Shown here: positions 42,783-52,497 of the stretch, in pieces
Position numbering within the stretch: position 1 is the stretch's first letter
How the letters are laid out: each line of letters opens with the position of its first letter
Assembly (NCBI GenBank): GCA_963805625.1
Contig: CAWDVE010000010.1
Coordinates: forward strand, 384,001-448,000
Direction of reading: 5' to 3'
Source: an uncultured Candidatus Rokubacteria bacterium
GTDB taxonomy: Bacteria; Methylomirabilota; Methylomirabilia; Rokubacteriales; DASRDR01
DNA length: 64,000 nt
Made by a program: the position numbers and the translations under genes
Notes under the pieces: generated by a model
Database searches by the model: none
Seen by the model: the letters and a program-made list of their open reading frames with translations, nothing else
Told to the model about the DNA's origin: nothing

Positions 42783-43304
42783 TCAGAACCCTTCGAAGGC
42801 GAAGCTGACGATGGCGCGAGCCACGTCCACCGCCGCTCTCTGGACGGCTACCTGCTCGCGGGCTATCGTCTGCGTCACCTGGCCGGCAACCAGGAAGTCG
42901 GCGCGCTCCTCAATGCGGTCTTGCTTCCAGATGACCTTGTTCTGCTTGAGATCCTTGAACGTGAGGGCGAGGCCGATGATCAGGCGATAGGACGTGACGT
43001 TCGCGCTGCTGTCGAACGACAAGGACGTGAGCCGATACTCGACGATCGCCCCTTCCAGGGAGGCGTCCGCCTCGCGGGCGTTGGCCGCGATCCGGACCCG
43101 AGCGCTCTGAACCACCGCCTGGGTGAGGGCCTGGGTGATGAAGTCCTCGATCCCGGGCTCAGCCGTCCTGTTCACCAGGACCGGGACGTGGATCGAGTTG
43201 ATCCCCGGCGGCAAGCTGGTGCGGAGCGAATACCCGCAGCCATCGAGGACGAGGGACGCGGCGAGGGGCGCGAGGATGACGGCCAGGGCGCGTCGCCGCC
43301 TCAC
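42783..43304 (-). CDS. lptE: LPS assembly lipoprotein LptE
   Basis: Lipobox 'LDG-CGY', 'IHVPVLVNRTAEPGIE', 'LEGAI'; lies between leuS and holA. Confidence 0.88.
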   Translation of the reverse strand: MRRRRALAVILAPLAASLVLDGCGYSLRTSLPPGINSIHVPVLVNRTAEPGIEDFITQALTQAVVQSARVRIAANAREADASLEGAIVEYRLTSLSFDSSANVTSYRLIIGLALTFKDLKQNKVIWKQDRIEERADFLVAGQVTQTIAREQVAVQRAAVDVARAIVSFAFEGF

Positions 43305-45805
43305 GCCAGGCTCCCCGTGCCCCGCGTCACGATGTTGACGAGCCGGCCCGGCACCACGACCACCCGCGCCACCTCGCGGGACTTCAGCCACGGCCGCACC
43401 TTCTCGTCCGCCAGTGCCTCGGTCCGGAGCCGGTCCTCCGCGATCTCGGGCGAGACGACGAGCCGTGTCCGCACCCGACCGTCGACCTGGACCACGACCT
43501 GGACCGCGTCCCGCTCGAGCGCCGCCGGGTCGGCCTCGGGCCACGATACCCGGAACACGCTGTCGCGGCGCCCGAGCTGCTCCCACAGCTCCTCCGCGAG
43601 GTGAGGCGCGAAGGGGGCGAGCAGGCGGACGAGAATCTCCATGGCCTCGGCGAGCAGGCTGGTCCGCTCCTCCGCCGCGGCCCGATCCAGCGACTCCGTC
43701 GCGTAGGCGTGCGTCGCGTTGACGAGCTCGTGGAGCGCGCTGATGGCGGTGTTGAAGTGGAACTCCTCGATGTCCGTCGTGACGCGCTGGATCGTCTCGT
43801 GGACCGTGCGACGGAAGGCGCGCCCCGGCGCCGAGAGGTCGGCGGGCCGGGGTTCCGCTCGCGTCAGCGCGGGTCGATTCGCCTGAAAGAATCGCCACAC
43901 GCGATTCAGGAAGCGGAACGCACCCTCCACCCCCTGGTCGCTCCACTCCAGGTCCTTCTCCGGCGGCGCCATGAAGAGCTCGAACACGCGACCCGTGTCG
44001 GCGCCGTACGTCACGATGAAGTCATCGGGGCTCACGACGTTGCCCTTGGACTTCGACATCTTGGCGCCGTCCTTCACCACCATGCCCTGGGTGAACAGGT
44101 TCTGGAACGGCTCGTCGAGCTTGAAGTAGCCGAGGTCGCGCAGGACCTTCGTGTAGAAGCGGGCGTAGAGGAGATGAAGGATGGCGTGCTCGATCCCACC
44201 CGTGTACTGGTCCACGGGCATCCAGTAGTGGACGGCGTCGGCCTCGGCCAGGCCACCGACGTGCCGGGGTGAGCAGAACCGCAGGAAGTACCACGAGGAG
44301 TCCACGAAGGTGTCCATCGTGTCCGTTTCGCGCCGGGCCGGTCCTCCACAGCGCGGGCACGTCGTGTTCACGAACCCGGGAACGTCGGCGATCGGCGAGC
44401 CACCCTTCCCCGTGATCTGGACGTCCTGGGGGAGCACGACGGGGAGCCGCTCGGGCCGCTCGGGCACCGTCCCGCACCTCGGGCAGTACACGATCGGGAT
44501 CGGCGCTCCCCAGTAGCGTTGCCGGCTGATGCCCCAGTCGCGCAGGCGATAATTGACCTTCCCGACACCGGCGCCCCGGGCAATGAGCCAGTCGATCGAC
44601 TTGCGCTTTGCCTCGGCAACCGTGAGGCCGTCGAGGAAGCCCGAGTTGATCTTCACGCCGTCGCCAGTGTACGCCTCGCCCATCCAGCCCGCCGGCCGCT
44701 CGACGGTCGCGATGATGGGGAGGTCATAGACCTTGGCGAAGTCCCAATCGCGCTGGTCCTCGCCCGGGACCGCCATGATGGCTCCCGTGCCATAGCCCAT
44801 GAGGACGTAGTCCGCCAGGAACAGCGGCACCTCGGCACCGTTGAACGGGTTGACGGCGCGTGCCCGCAGGCGGAGCCCGCGCTTCGGGTGGTCCGTGGCG
44901 AGCCGCTCGATCTCACTCTCGCGTGCGACCTCGGTCCGGAAGGCCGCGACCGCCGCACGCTCGTCGGGGTCGGTGACGAGCCGGTCGACGAGCGGATGCT
45001 CGGGCGCGAGGACGGCGTAGGTCATGCCGAAAGAGGTGTCGGGCCGGGTCGTGAAGACGCGGATCGCGAGCCCGGGCCGGCCGGCCACGGGAAGGTCGAA
45101 CTCGGCCCCCTCGCTCTTGCCGATCCAGTTGCGCTGCATCGTGAGGACGCGCTCCGGCCAGCCGACGAGGCGGTCACACCATTCGAGGAGCTCCTCCGCG
45201 TACGCCGTGATCTTGAAGTACCAGCTCTCGATCTCCTTCGTGACCACCTCGGAGTCGCAGCGCCAGCAGCGCCCGGCCTCGACCTGCTCGTTGGCGAGCA
45301 CGGTCTGACAGCTCGGGCACCAGTTGACGCGCGCGCTCTTCTGGTACGCGAGCCCGCGCTCGAACATCCTGACGAAGATGAGCTGCTCCCAGCGGTAGTA
45401 CTCCGGATCGCACGTCGCGATCTCCCGCTCCCAGTCGTAGGAGATCCCGAGGGTCTTCATCTGAGCCTTCATGGTGGCGATGTTCTCATACGTCCAGACC
45501 GCCGGGTGCACGCCGTTGTCGATGGCAGCGTTCTCGGCGGGGAGACCGAAGGCGTCCCACCCCATGGGATGGAGCACGTTGTACCCACGCATCCGCTTGT
45601 AGCGGGTGATCGCGTCGCCGATGGCGTAGTTCCGGACGTGCCCCATGTGGATCCGGCCGGAGGGGTACGGGAACATCTCGAGGCAGTAGTACTTGGGGCG
45701 GCCGGGCTCCTCGCGCACCCGGAAGAGACCGGTCTCCTCCCACACGCGCTGCCACTTCGTCTCGATGTCCCGGAAGGGATAGTGGTCGGGCCGGTCCTGG
45801 GTCAC
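43301..45805 (-). CDS. leuS: Leucine--tRNA ligase
   Basis: 'MFPYPSGRIHMGH', 'GWDAFGLPAEN', 'SRQRYWG', 'GGIEHA', KMSKS. Confidence 0.98.
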   Translation of the reverse strand: MTQDRPDHYPFRDIETKWQRVWEETGLFRVREEPGRPKYYCLEMFPYPSGRIHMGHVRNYAIGDAITRYKRMRGYNVLHPMGWDAFGLPAENAAIDNGVHPAVWTYENIATMKAQMKTLGISYDWEREIATCDPEYYRWEQLIFVRMFERGLAYQKSARVNWCPSCQTVLANEQVEAGRCWRCDSEVVTKEIESWYFKITAYAEELLEWCDRLVGWPERVLTMQRNWIGKSEGAEFDLPVAGRPGLAIRVFTTRPDTSFGMTYAVLAPEHPLVDRLVTDPDERAAVAAFRTEVARESEIERLATDHPKRGLRLRARAVNPFNGAEVPLFLADYVLMGYGTGAIMAVPGEDQRDWDFAKVYDLPIIATVERPAGWMGEAYTGDGVKINSGFLDGLTVAEAKRKSIDWLIARGAGVGKVNYRLRDWGISRQRYWGAPIPIVYCPRCGTVPERPERLPVVLPQDVQITGKGGSPIADVPGFVNTTCPRCGGPARRETDTMDTFVDSSWYFLRFCSPRHVGGLAEADAVHYWMPVDQYTGGIEHAILHLLYARFYTKVLRDLGYFKLDEPFQNLFTQGMVVKDGAKMSKSKGNVVSPDDFIVTYGADTGRVFELFMAPPEKDLEWSDQGVEGAFRFLNRVWRFFQANRPALTRAEPRPADLSAPGRAFRRTVHETIQRVTTDIEEFHFNTAISALHELVNATHAYATESLDRAAAEERTSLLAEAMEILVRLLAPFAPHLAEELWEQLGRRDSVFRVSWPEADPAALERDAVQVVVQVDGRVRTRLVVSPEIAEDRLRTEALADEKVRPWLKSREVARVVVVPGRLVNIVTRGTGSLA

Positions 45806-45844
45806 GGGTGCCTCGAGCCTCCTCCGATCAATGTCCATGCATAT

Positions 45845-47731
45845 TTAGCAGAGATCCCCCTCCGATGCAAGGCTCGGCCCACCGGCCGGGGCGGATGCCG
45901 CCGCCGGTGACCCGGTCTCCTCCGCTTCGTGGTGGAAGAAGTCGTGGATACGCTGCGCGAGCTTCGGGGTGACCTTCGGCACCGAGGCGAGCTCCGCGAC
46001 GGAGGCGGTCCGCACCCGGCGCGCGGAGCCGAGAGACTTCAGGAGGTTCGTCCGGATCGACGGGCCCACCCCCGGGATCTGGTCGAGGACCGAGACGAGG
46101 GTCCGCTTCTGGCGGAGCTTCTTGTGGTAGGTGATCGCGAAGCGGTGCGCCTCGTCCCGGATGCGTTGGAGCGTCTGGAGCGCCGGCGACGCAAGGTCGA
46201 GGACGAGCGGATGGAGGCTTCCTGGGTGGTAGACCTCCTCCGCGCGCTTCGCCAGGGCGACGATGGGCAGGTAGTCGAGGCCCAGCTCCTCCAGGACGCG
46301 AGAGCCGGCGCTCAGCTGGCCGCGGCCGCCGTCGAGCAGGATGAGGTCCGGGAGCGTTCCACCGTCCTCCAGAGCCTTCCCGTAACGCCGCCGCAGGACC
46401 TCGGCCATCATCGCGAAGTCGTCGGCCCCGGGGACGGTGCGGATCTTGAACCGCTTGTAGTCGTCCTTCTTCATTGCGCCGGCTTCCCAGACGACCATGG
46501 AGCCCACCGCCTCCTGGCCCTGGATGTTCGAGATGTCGAAGCCCTCGATCCGGTGCGGAGCCTCCGGGAGCCCGAGCTCCCGGCGGAGGTCCTCGGCCAC
46601 GACCTGACGCCGGCTCGACCGGGCCAGCAGATGTGTCTGGAGGGCGAGCGCCGCGTTCTCCTCCGCCATGGCCACGAGCTCGCGCTTCCGTCCGCGCTGG
46701 GGGACGAGGAGATCCACGCGACCCTCGCGCAGCTGGGCCAGCCACTCCCCGAGCAGTGTCTCTTCCGGAACCTCGGTCGAGAGCAGGACCTCTCGCGGCG
46801 GCACCACGCTCTTCGAGTAGAACTGCCGCAGCAACGCGGAGAGGAGCTCGCCATCGGTGGCGCTCCCCAGCTTGTCCAGGAAGAATGCCTCGCGGCCGAG
46901 CAGACGGCCACGACGCACGAAGAAGATCTGGACGCACGCCTCGGACCCTTGGCGCGCCAGCCCCAGGATGTCCTGATCCTCCGGCTCGACTGAGATCATC
47001 TTCTGGCGCTCGCGGACCGTGTTCAGTGCCTGGACCTGGTCGCGGAGAATGCCCGCCCGCTCGAACTTTTCCTGCGCGGCGGCCTCCTCCATCTCCGTGG
47101 TCAGGCGCCGGGCCAGGTCCTCGTCCCGGCCCTCGAGGAAGGCCTGGACATCTTTCACCGTCCGGTCGTACCCCTCGCGCGTCTCCCACCCGGTGCACGG
47201 CGCGTTGCACCGGTGGATGTAGTACTGGAGGCACGGCCGCTCCGCCGCCCCGTCGATCTTGATGCTGCAGGTCCGGAGTGGGAACAGCGCCCGCACGAGG
47301 CGGAGGGTCTCGCGAAGCGCCGTCGCCGGGTAGAACGGGCCGTAGTATGTCGCACCGTCCTTTTGGACCCGACGGGCCACCAGGAGGCGCGGGAACTCCT
47401 CGTTCGTCGTCAGCTTCAGGAAGGGATAATGCTTGTCGTCGCGCAGGATGATGTTGTAGCGGGGCCGGTGGCGCTTCACGAGATTCGACTCGAGGATCAG
47501 CGCCTCGAGCTCGTTGGCGGTGACGATGTAGTCGAGGTCGGCGATGTGATCGACGAGGGCGTCTGTCTTCGCGTCGCGGGTGCGAGAGGCCTGGAAGTAG
47601 GAGCGAACCCGCGACCGAACGGACGCCGCCTTCCCCACGTAGACCACCTGGCCCTTGGCGTCCTTGTAGAGATAGACGCCCGGCCGGTCCGGGAGGCGCT
47701 CGAGCTTCTCCGCTAGATCCACCGACTCCAT
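45845..47731 (-). CDS. uvrC: Excinuclease ABC subunit C
   Basis: GIY-YIG 'PGVYLY..YVGKA', 'PRYNI..DDK', 'IEGFDIS', 'DGGRGQ', 'RDEAHRFA', HhH. Confidence 0.98.
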   Translation of the reverse strand: MESVDLAEKLERLPDRPGVYLYKDAKGQVVYVGKAASVRSRVRSYFQASRTRDAKTDALVDHIADLDYIVTANELEALILESNLVKRHRPRYNIILRDDKHYPFLKLTTNEEFPRLLVARRVQKDGATYYGPFYPATALRETLRLVRALFPLRTCSIKIDGAAERPCLQYYIHRCNAPCTGWETREGYDRTVKDVQAFLEGRDEDLARRLTTEMEEAAAQEKFERAGILRDQVQALNTVRERQKMISVEPEDQDILGLARQGSEACVQIFFVRRGRLLGREAFFLDKLGSATDGELLSALLRQFYSKSVVPPREVLLSTEVPEETLLGEWLAQLREGRVDLLVPQRGRKRELVAMAEENAALALQTHLLARSSRRQVVAEDLRRELGLPEAPHRIEGFDISNIQGQEAVGSMVVWEAGAMKKDDYKRFKIRTVPGADDFAMMAEVLRRRYGKALEDGGTLPDLILLDGGRGQLSAGSRVLEELGLDYLPIVALAKRAEEVYHPGSLHPLVLDLASPALQTLQRIRDEAHRFAITYHKKLRQKRTLVSVLDQIPGVGPSIRTNLLKSLGSARRVRTASVAELASVPKVTPKLAQRIHDFFHHEAEETGSPAAASAPAGGPSLASEGDLC

Positions 47732-47823
47732 CGTACGCCGGCGTACGCCGGCTGGTCGGACCCGGTCACTCGATGACCTCATCCGCCCGCACCAGCACCG
47801 GGTGCCACCTCCCTGTCGACGCG

Positions 47824-49818
47824 TCAGTCCCGGACGGACAGGTCGCGCTTGCGGAGGCCGCGGAGGCGGTCGCGGAGCTCGGCCGCTCGCTCGAAGTCGA
47901 GGCGCTTCGCGGCGTCCTTCATCTCGCTCTCGATCCGCTTGACCGCCTCGGCCAGCGTTTCCCCGGAGTCGAAGCTCTCGTCAGGAGTTTCCGCCTCGAC
48001 GGTGTAGTAGTCGCGCTCCTCGACAGACCGCATGACGTCGCGGATCGACGATCGGATCGACTCCGGGGTGATGTCATGCTCGGCGTTGTAGGCGGCCTGG
48101 ATCGCGCGCCGCCGCTCGGTCTCGCCGAGAGCGGTCCGCATCGAATCGGTGATCTTGTCCGCGTACATGATGACCTCGCCGCGGACGTTTCGGGCCGCGC
48201 GCCCGGACGTCTGGACGAGCGAGGTCGCCGAGCGGAGGTAGCCCTCCTTGTCGGCGTCGAGTATCGCGACCAGGGACACCTCCGGGATGTCGAGACCCTC
48301 GCGGAGCAGGTTGATACCGACCAGGGCGTCGAACTTGCCGAGCCGGAGGTCCCGGATCACCTCGACGCGCTCGAGGGTGTCGACGTCGGAGTGGAGGTAC
48401 CGCACGCGGAGCCCCATCTGGAGGTAGTACTGGCTGAGATCCTCCGCCATGCGCTTCGTGAGCGTCGTGACCAGTACCCGCTCATTCCGCTCGGCCCGCG
48501 CGCGGATCTCCTCCATGAGGTCGTCGACCTGCTCGCCGGCGGGGCGCACCGTGATGGCGGGATCCATGAGCCCCGTCGGCCGGATGATCTGCTCGGCCAC
48601 GGCGCCATCGGACTTCTCGAGCTCGTACGCCGCGGGAGTGGCCGAGACGTAGAGCACCTGGCCCACCACCGCCGCGAACTCGTCGAAGGTGAGCGGCCGA
48701 TTGTCGAACGCCGACGGAAGCCGGAACCCGTACTCGACGAGTGCTTCCTTCCGGGACCGGTCGCCGTGTAGCATCCCTCGCAGCTGGGGCACGCCGACGT
48801 GGCTCTCGTCGATCACCACCAGCGTGTCCTTCGGGAGGTAGTCGATCAGCGTCGCGGGGGTCTCCCCTGCCCGTCGGCCCGCGAGGTGGCGGGAGTAGTT
48901 CTCGATCCCGTGGCAGTAGCCGATCTCCCGGAGCATCTCCAGGTCGAACAGCGTGCGCTGCTCGAGCCGCTGTGCCTCCAGCAGGCGATTGTGGGCCCGG
49001 AAGTAGGTCAGACGGTCGGCCAGCTCCGTCTTGATGGATTCCGCAGCCCGCTCGAGCTCCTCCGCGGGCGTCACGTAGTGGCTCGCCGGGTACACGGCGG
49101 CGCGGTCGAGGCGCTCCAGGAGCTGCCCCTTCAGGGGGTCGATGCGGTGGATGGCCTCGATCGTGTCCCCGAAAAGCTCGACGCGGAGGGCCACGCTCTC
49201 GGCGGCGACCGGGAAGATCTCGACGACGTCGCCCCGGACGCGAAACGTCCCCCGGCGGAAGTCGTAGTCGTTGCGCTCGTACTGGAGCGCGACGAGCTGC
49301 CGAAGGATGTCATCGCGCTCCCGCTCCTCCCCCTCCGTCAGCTCGAGGTGCATTCCGTGGTAGGTCTCGGGCGAGCCGAGACCGTAGATGCACGAGACCG
49401 ACGCGACGATGACCACGTCGCGCCGCTCGAAGAGCGACTTGGTGGTCGAGTGGCGCATCCGGTCGATCTCGTCGTTGATGAGCGCGTCCTTCTCGATGTA
49501 GGTGTCCGACTGCGGGATGTAGGCCTCGGGCTGGTAGTAGTCGTAGTAGGAGACGAAGTACTCGACCGCGTTCTCCGGGAAGAAGGCCTTGAACTCGCCG
49601 TACAGCTGGGCGGCCAGCGTCTTGTTCGGCGACATGACCAGCGTCGGGCGCTGAAGCCGCTCGATGACCGACGCGACCGTGAACGTCTTGCCGGATCCGG
49701 TCACGCCCAGGAGGGCCGCGTGGGGACGTCCCGCGGCGAGCCAGTCCGACAGACGCCCGATCGCGCCCGGCTGATCGCCCTTGGGGGTGTAGTCGGAGAC
49801 GAGCCTGAATGGTGGCAT
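47824..49818 (-). CDS. uvrB: Excinuclease ABC subunit B
   Basis: 'GVTGSGKT', '[10 protein letters not shown]', 'DESH', '[10 protein letters not shown]', 'GRAARN', C-terminal UVR domain. Confidence 0.98.
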   Translation of the reverse strand: MPPFRLVSDYTPKGDQPGAIGRLSDWLAAGRPHAALLGVTGSGKTFTVASVIERLQRPTLVMSPNKTLAAQLYGEFKAFFPENAVEYFVSYYDYYQPEAYIPQSDTYIEKDALINDEIDRMRHSTTKSLFERRDVVIVASVSCIYGLGSPETYHGMHLELTEGEERERDDILRQLVALQYERNDYDFRRGTFRVRGDVVEIFPVAAESVALRVELFGDTIEAIHRIDPLKGQLLERLDRAAVYPASHYVTPAEELERAAESIKTELADRLTYFRAHNRLLEAQRLEQRTLFDLEMLREIGYCHGIENYSRHLAGRRAGETPATLIDYLPKDTLVVIDESHVGVPQLRGMLHGDRSRKEALVEYGFRLPSAFDNRPLTFDEFAAVVGQVLYVSATPAAYELEKSDGAVAEQIIRPTGLMDPAITVRPAGEQVDDLMEEIRARAERNERVLVTTLTKRMAEDLSQYYLQMGLRVRYLHSDVDTLERVEVIRDLRLGKFDALVGINLLREGLDIPEVSLVAILDADKEGYLRSATSLVQTSGRAARNVRGEVIMYADKITDSMRTALGETERRRAIQAAYNAEHDITPESIRSSIRDVMRSVEERDYYTVEAETPDESFDSGETLAEAVKRIESEMKDAAKRLDFERAAELRDRLRGLRKRDLSVRD

Positions 49819-49853
49819 TGCCCTACTGCCAGTGTACGCGCGAGACGGGGCGC

Positions 49854-50396
49854 TCAGGCGCCCGAGGAGAGAGCTGCCGGGACCGCGTGGAGGTACTTCC
49901 GCCAGGCGTCGAGGAAGAAGGACGCGTGCGGGTGGCGGAGGAGGTGCACCGAGAAGAGGAACTGCGGATGCGCGGGCATCCGGACCAGCACCATGCTGGC
50001 CTCGTCGGCGGTCCGGTTCCCCTTGTAGAGGTTGCAGCGGAGACACGCCGCGACCACGTTCGTCCAGGTCGTCCCGCCCCCGCGCGAGCGCGGCACCACA
50101 TGGTCCACCGTGAGCCGGTCTCCACGGCGGCCGCAGTACTGGCACGTGTAGTGGTCGCGCCGGAGGATGTTTTTCTTGTTGAAGGCGACCCGCTCCACGA
50201 AGGGCTTTCGGATGTACATCATGAGGCGGATCACCGAGGGCAGCGGGAACGTGTGGGAAGGCGAACGGATCACCCGGGGCGAGGGCTCGACGGTCTCGGC
50301 TTTGCCACTGAGGAGGAGGGTGATCGCGCGGCGGGCGTTGGTGAAGTGGAGGGGTTCGAAGCTCCCGTTGAGCACTAGTACGGCCACTTCGTCCAT
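49854..50396 (-). CDS. HNH endonuclease (McrA-like)
   Basis: '[11 protein letters not shown]', 'PSVIRL', '[38 protein letters not shown]'. Confidence 0.93.
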   Translation of the reverse strand: MDEVAVLVLNGSFEPLHFTNARRAITLLLSGKAETVEPSPRVIRSPSHTFPLPSVIRLMMYIRKPFVERVAFNKKNILRRDHYTCQYCGRRGDRLTVDHVVPRSRGGGTTWTNVVAACLRCNLYKGNRTADEASMVLVRMPAHPQFLFSVHLLRHPHASFFLDAWRKYLHAVPAALSSGA

Positions 50397-50406
50397 ATGC
50401 CATCGA

Positions 50407-50436
50407 ATGATACGGAGGGGCCATCGTGCCTGTCAA
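50407..50436 (-). promoter_or_regulatory. sigma70 promoter upstream of HNH-uvrB-uvrC
   Basis: TTGACA (50436-31), N18, TATCAT (50412-07). Confidence 0.75.
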
Positions 50437-50483
50437 CCGCGGTGTCCGCTCGGATCGGACGAGGCCGGGGCGCCGGCAACCCG

Positions 50484-51404
50484 TCACCGCCGGGCGAGGT
50501 TCGTGAGGAAGAAACGAAGGTTGGCCGGTCGCTCGGCGAGGCGCCGGATGAAGTAGCCGTACCAGTCCTTCCCGAAGGGCACGAGCACGCGCAGCCGCAC
50601 CCCCAGGTCGAGGAACGTCCGGTGGAGCTCCGGACGGATTCCGTGGAGCATCTGGAACTCGTAGCGGTCGGGGACGAGCCCGAACTCCCGCGCCCGGTCG
50701 GCAATGACCCGGATCAGACGCTCGTCGTGCGTGGCGAAGGCCGGGTAGGCGCCGGCAGTTTGCGCTTCCTTCGAGAAGAGCATCCCGGCCAGCCGCGCGT
50801 AGTTCCGGTCCACGTCCGTCTTTCGCGGGAACGCCCGGTCCGACGGCTCCCGGTAGGCGCCCTTGCAGAGACGCAGACGAAGCCCCCCCGGGACGAGCCC
50901 GCGCAGATCGGCCTCCGTGCGGTGGAGATACGCCTGCAGCACGCAGGCCACGTTCCGCCAGCGCCGTCGGAGGCGCCGGTAGAGTGCCAGCGTCCGCTCC
51001 GTGTAGTCCGAGCCCTCCATGTCGATCCAGACCCAGGTCTCGCCCGCTCGCTCGAGGACACGCTCGACGTTTGCGAGCGCGACCTCTTCCCCGATGTCGA
51101 GGCCGAGGTGCGTGAGCTTGAGCGACGGCGTCACGCCGAGCCGCCGGCGTCGCGCCTCCTCGATGAGGTGGCCGTACACGTCGGCGGCCGCGGCGGCGGC
51201 CCTCGGCGTGGTGACGTTCTCCCCGAGATAGGTGACGGCCGTCTGGAGTCCCTGCCCCTCGAGGCGTTCCAGGACGTCGAGAGCATGGGCCGGGGTCTCG
51301 CCGGCCACGAAGCGTCGGACCATCCGACGCGATAGCGGCCACCGCTCGAGCCCTCGACCGATCGCGGGCTTCGTGGACAGATGGAGCAGAGCTTCACGGA
51401 GCAC
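50484..51404 (-). CDS. Monofunctional proline dehydrogenase
   Basis: 'RRFVAGET', 'SLKLTHLG', 'IDMEGS', 'LQAYLHRT', 'RLCKGAYRE', 'ATHD', 'EFQML', 'RRLAERPAN'. Confidence 0.93.
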   Translation of the reverse strand: MLREALLHLSTKPAIGRGLERWPLSRRMVRRFVAGETPAHALDVLERLEGQGLQTAVTYLGENVTTPRAAAAAADVYGHLIEEARRRRLGVTPSLKLTHLGLDIGEEVALANVERVLERAGETWVWIDMEGSDYTERTLALYRRLRRRWRNVACVLQAYLHRTEADLRGLVPGGLRLRLCKGAYREPSDRAFPRKTDVDRNYARLAGMLFSKEAQTAGAYPAFATHDERLIRVIADRAREFGLVPDRYEFQMLHGIRPELHRTFLDLGVRLRVLVPFGKDWYGYFIRRLAERPANLRFFLTNLARR

Positions 51405-51467
51405 GATGGCGACCTCTGGATTCGGAGAGTGCCGAACTCGATGCGCGTCTCGAGCGCGTCCAGGCGC

Positions 51468-51496
51468 AGTCTAGCAAAGCGCCCAAAGTGCGGCAA
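51468..51496 (-). promoter_or_regulatory. sigma70 promoter of the proline dehydrogenase gene
   Basis: TTGCCG, N17, TAGACT with TG extension. Confidence 0.5.
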
Positions 51497-51540
51497 GGTT
51501 GACGCGTGCTTGTTCGCCGCGAGGGGCGCGAGCGCCGCCT

Positions 51541-52497
51541 CTACGCGCGTGGCGACGGAGGGGACGGACGCCATCCGACCGCATCGAGGAGGATGCCCTC
51601 GCGCAGCCCGGCGTCCGAGACCGTGGCCGCCGGGAGATTGAGGCCGGCGAGCGCCGCGGCGAGCACGATCGCGCCCGGCACGATGACATCGGCGCGGCCA
51701 GGCTCGAGTCCCGGGGTCCGGGCGCGCTCGGCGAGCGGGAGCGCAGCGAGCCACTCGGTGAGTCGCGCGATGGCGATCGCACTGAGGCGGTGCCCGTGCA
51801 CGCGTCCCGGGTCGTATGCTGGGAGACCGAGGTCGAGCACGGCCAGCGTCGTGGGCGTTCCCGCGGTCGCGACGAGCGTCGTCGGCCGGCACGGCCGGAT
51901 CCGATCCCAGGCCTCGTCACGGAAGCGCGCGTCCACGTACGCTCGGCACGCCTCCAGTTCGACGGGCGCGACCGGATCGTGCACGAAGAAGCGCTCGACG
52001 AGATGGACGACCCCGAGCGCGAGACTCACCGCCATCAGCACGCGCCCGCCCTCGGCGACCAACACCTCGGTGCTGCCTCCGCCGATGTCGAGGAGCGCGA
52101 ACGTGCCGGCGACGGCGCCAAGGCCCCACGCGGCGCCGAGGAGCGTCAGGCCCGCCTCCTCCTCGCCGCTCACGACCCTCGGGTGAACCCCGGGCTCCGC
52201 CCCGAGCCGGGCGAGGAATTCGCGGCCGTCCCGTGCCTGGCGAACGGCGGCGGTCGCGACCAGGAGCATCTCGGCTGCCCCCAGGAGGAGGGCGCGGTCC
52301 CGGAACCGGCGGACCGCGGCCAGCGTCCGGTCCGCGGCGGCCGGGGCAAGGGTGCCACGCTCCGTCAAGCCCTCGCCGAGGCGTGTGACCGTCTGGTCGG
52401 CCCACAGGGGGACGAGCCCGGTCGCCGGGTCCATCTCCGCGACGAGGATGCGGACCGTGTTCGTCCCGAGGTCGATCGCGGCGAGGGGTCGCCTCAC
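51541..52497 (-). CDS. ppx: Ppx/GppA family phosphatase
   Basis: 'AIDLGTNT', 'RLGEG', 'ATAAVR', 'SGEEEA', 'DIGGGSTE', 'GRADVIVPG', 'GLREGI'. Confidence 0.92.
   Translation of the reverse strand: MRRPLAAIDLGTNTVRILVAEMDPATGLVPLWADQTVTRLGEGLTERGTLAPAAADRTLAAVRRFRDRALLLGAAEMLLVATAAVRQARDGREFLARLGAEPGVHPRVVSGEEEAGLTLLGAAWGLGAVAGTFALLDIGGGSTEVLVAEGGRVLMAVSLALGVVHLVERFFVHDPVAPVELEACRAYVDARFRDEAWDRIRPCRPTTLVATAGTPTTLAVLDLGLPAYDPGRVHGHRLSAIAIARLTEWLAALPLAERARTPGLEPGRADVIVPGAIVLAAALAGLNLPAATVSDAGLREGILLDAVGWRPSPPSPRA

Noticed and set aside
49854-50396. HNH as a homing endonuclease or defence nuclease
   Set aside because: Free-standing gene with host-like codon usage; no intron, intein, methylase or repeats nearby
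47824-51342. Apparent 1172-aa extended UvrB; similar extensions at 30069-31481, 33783-36551, 42783-43946 and 17073-20054
   Set aside because: The extensions are alternative-frame overlaps with real upstream genes; the true starts lie downstream
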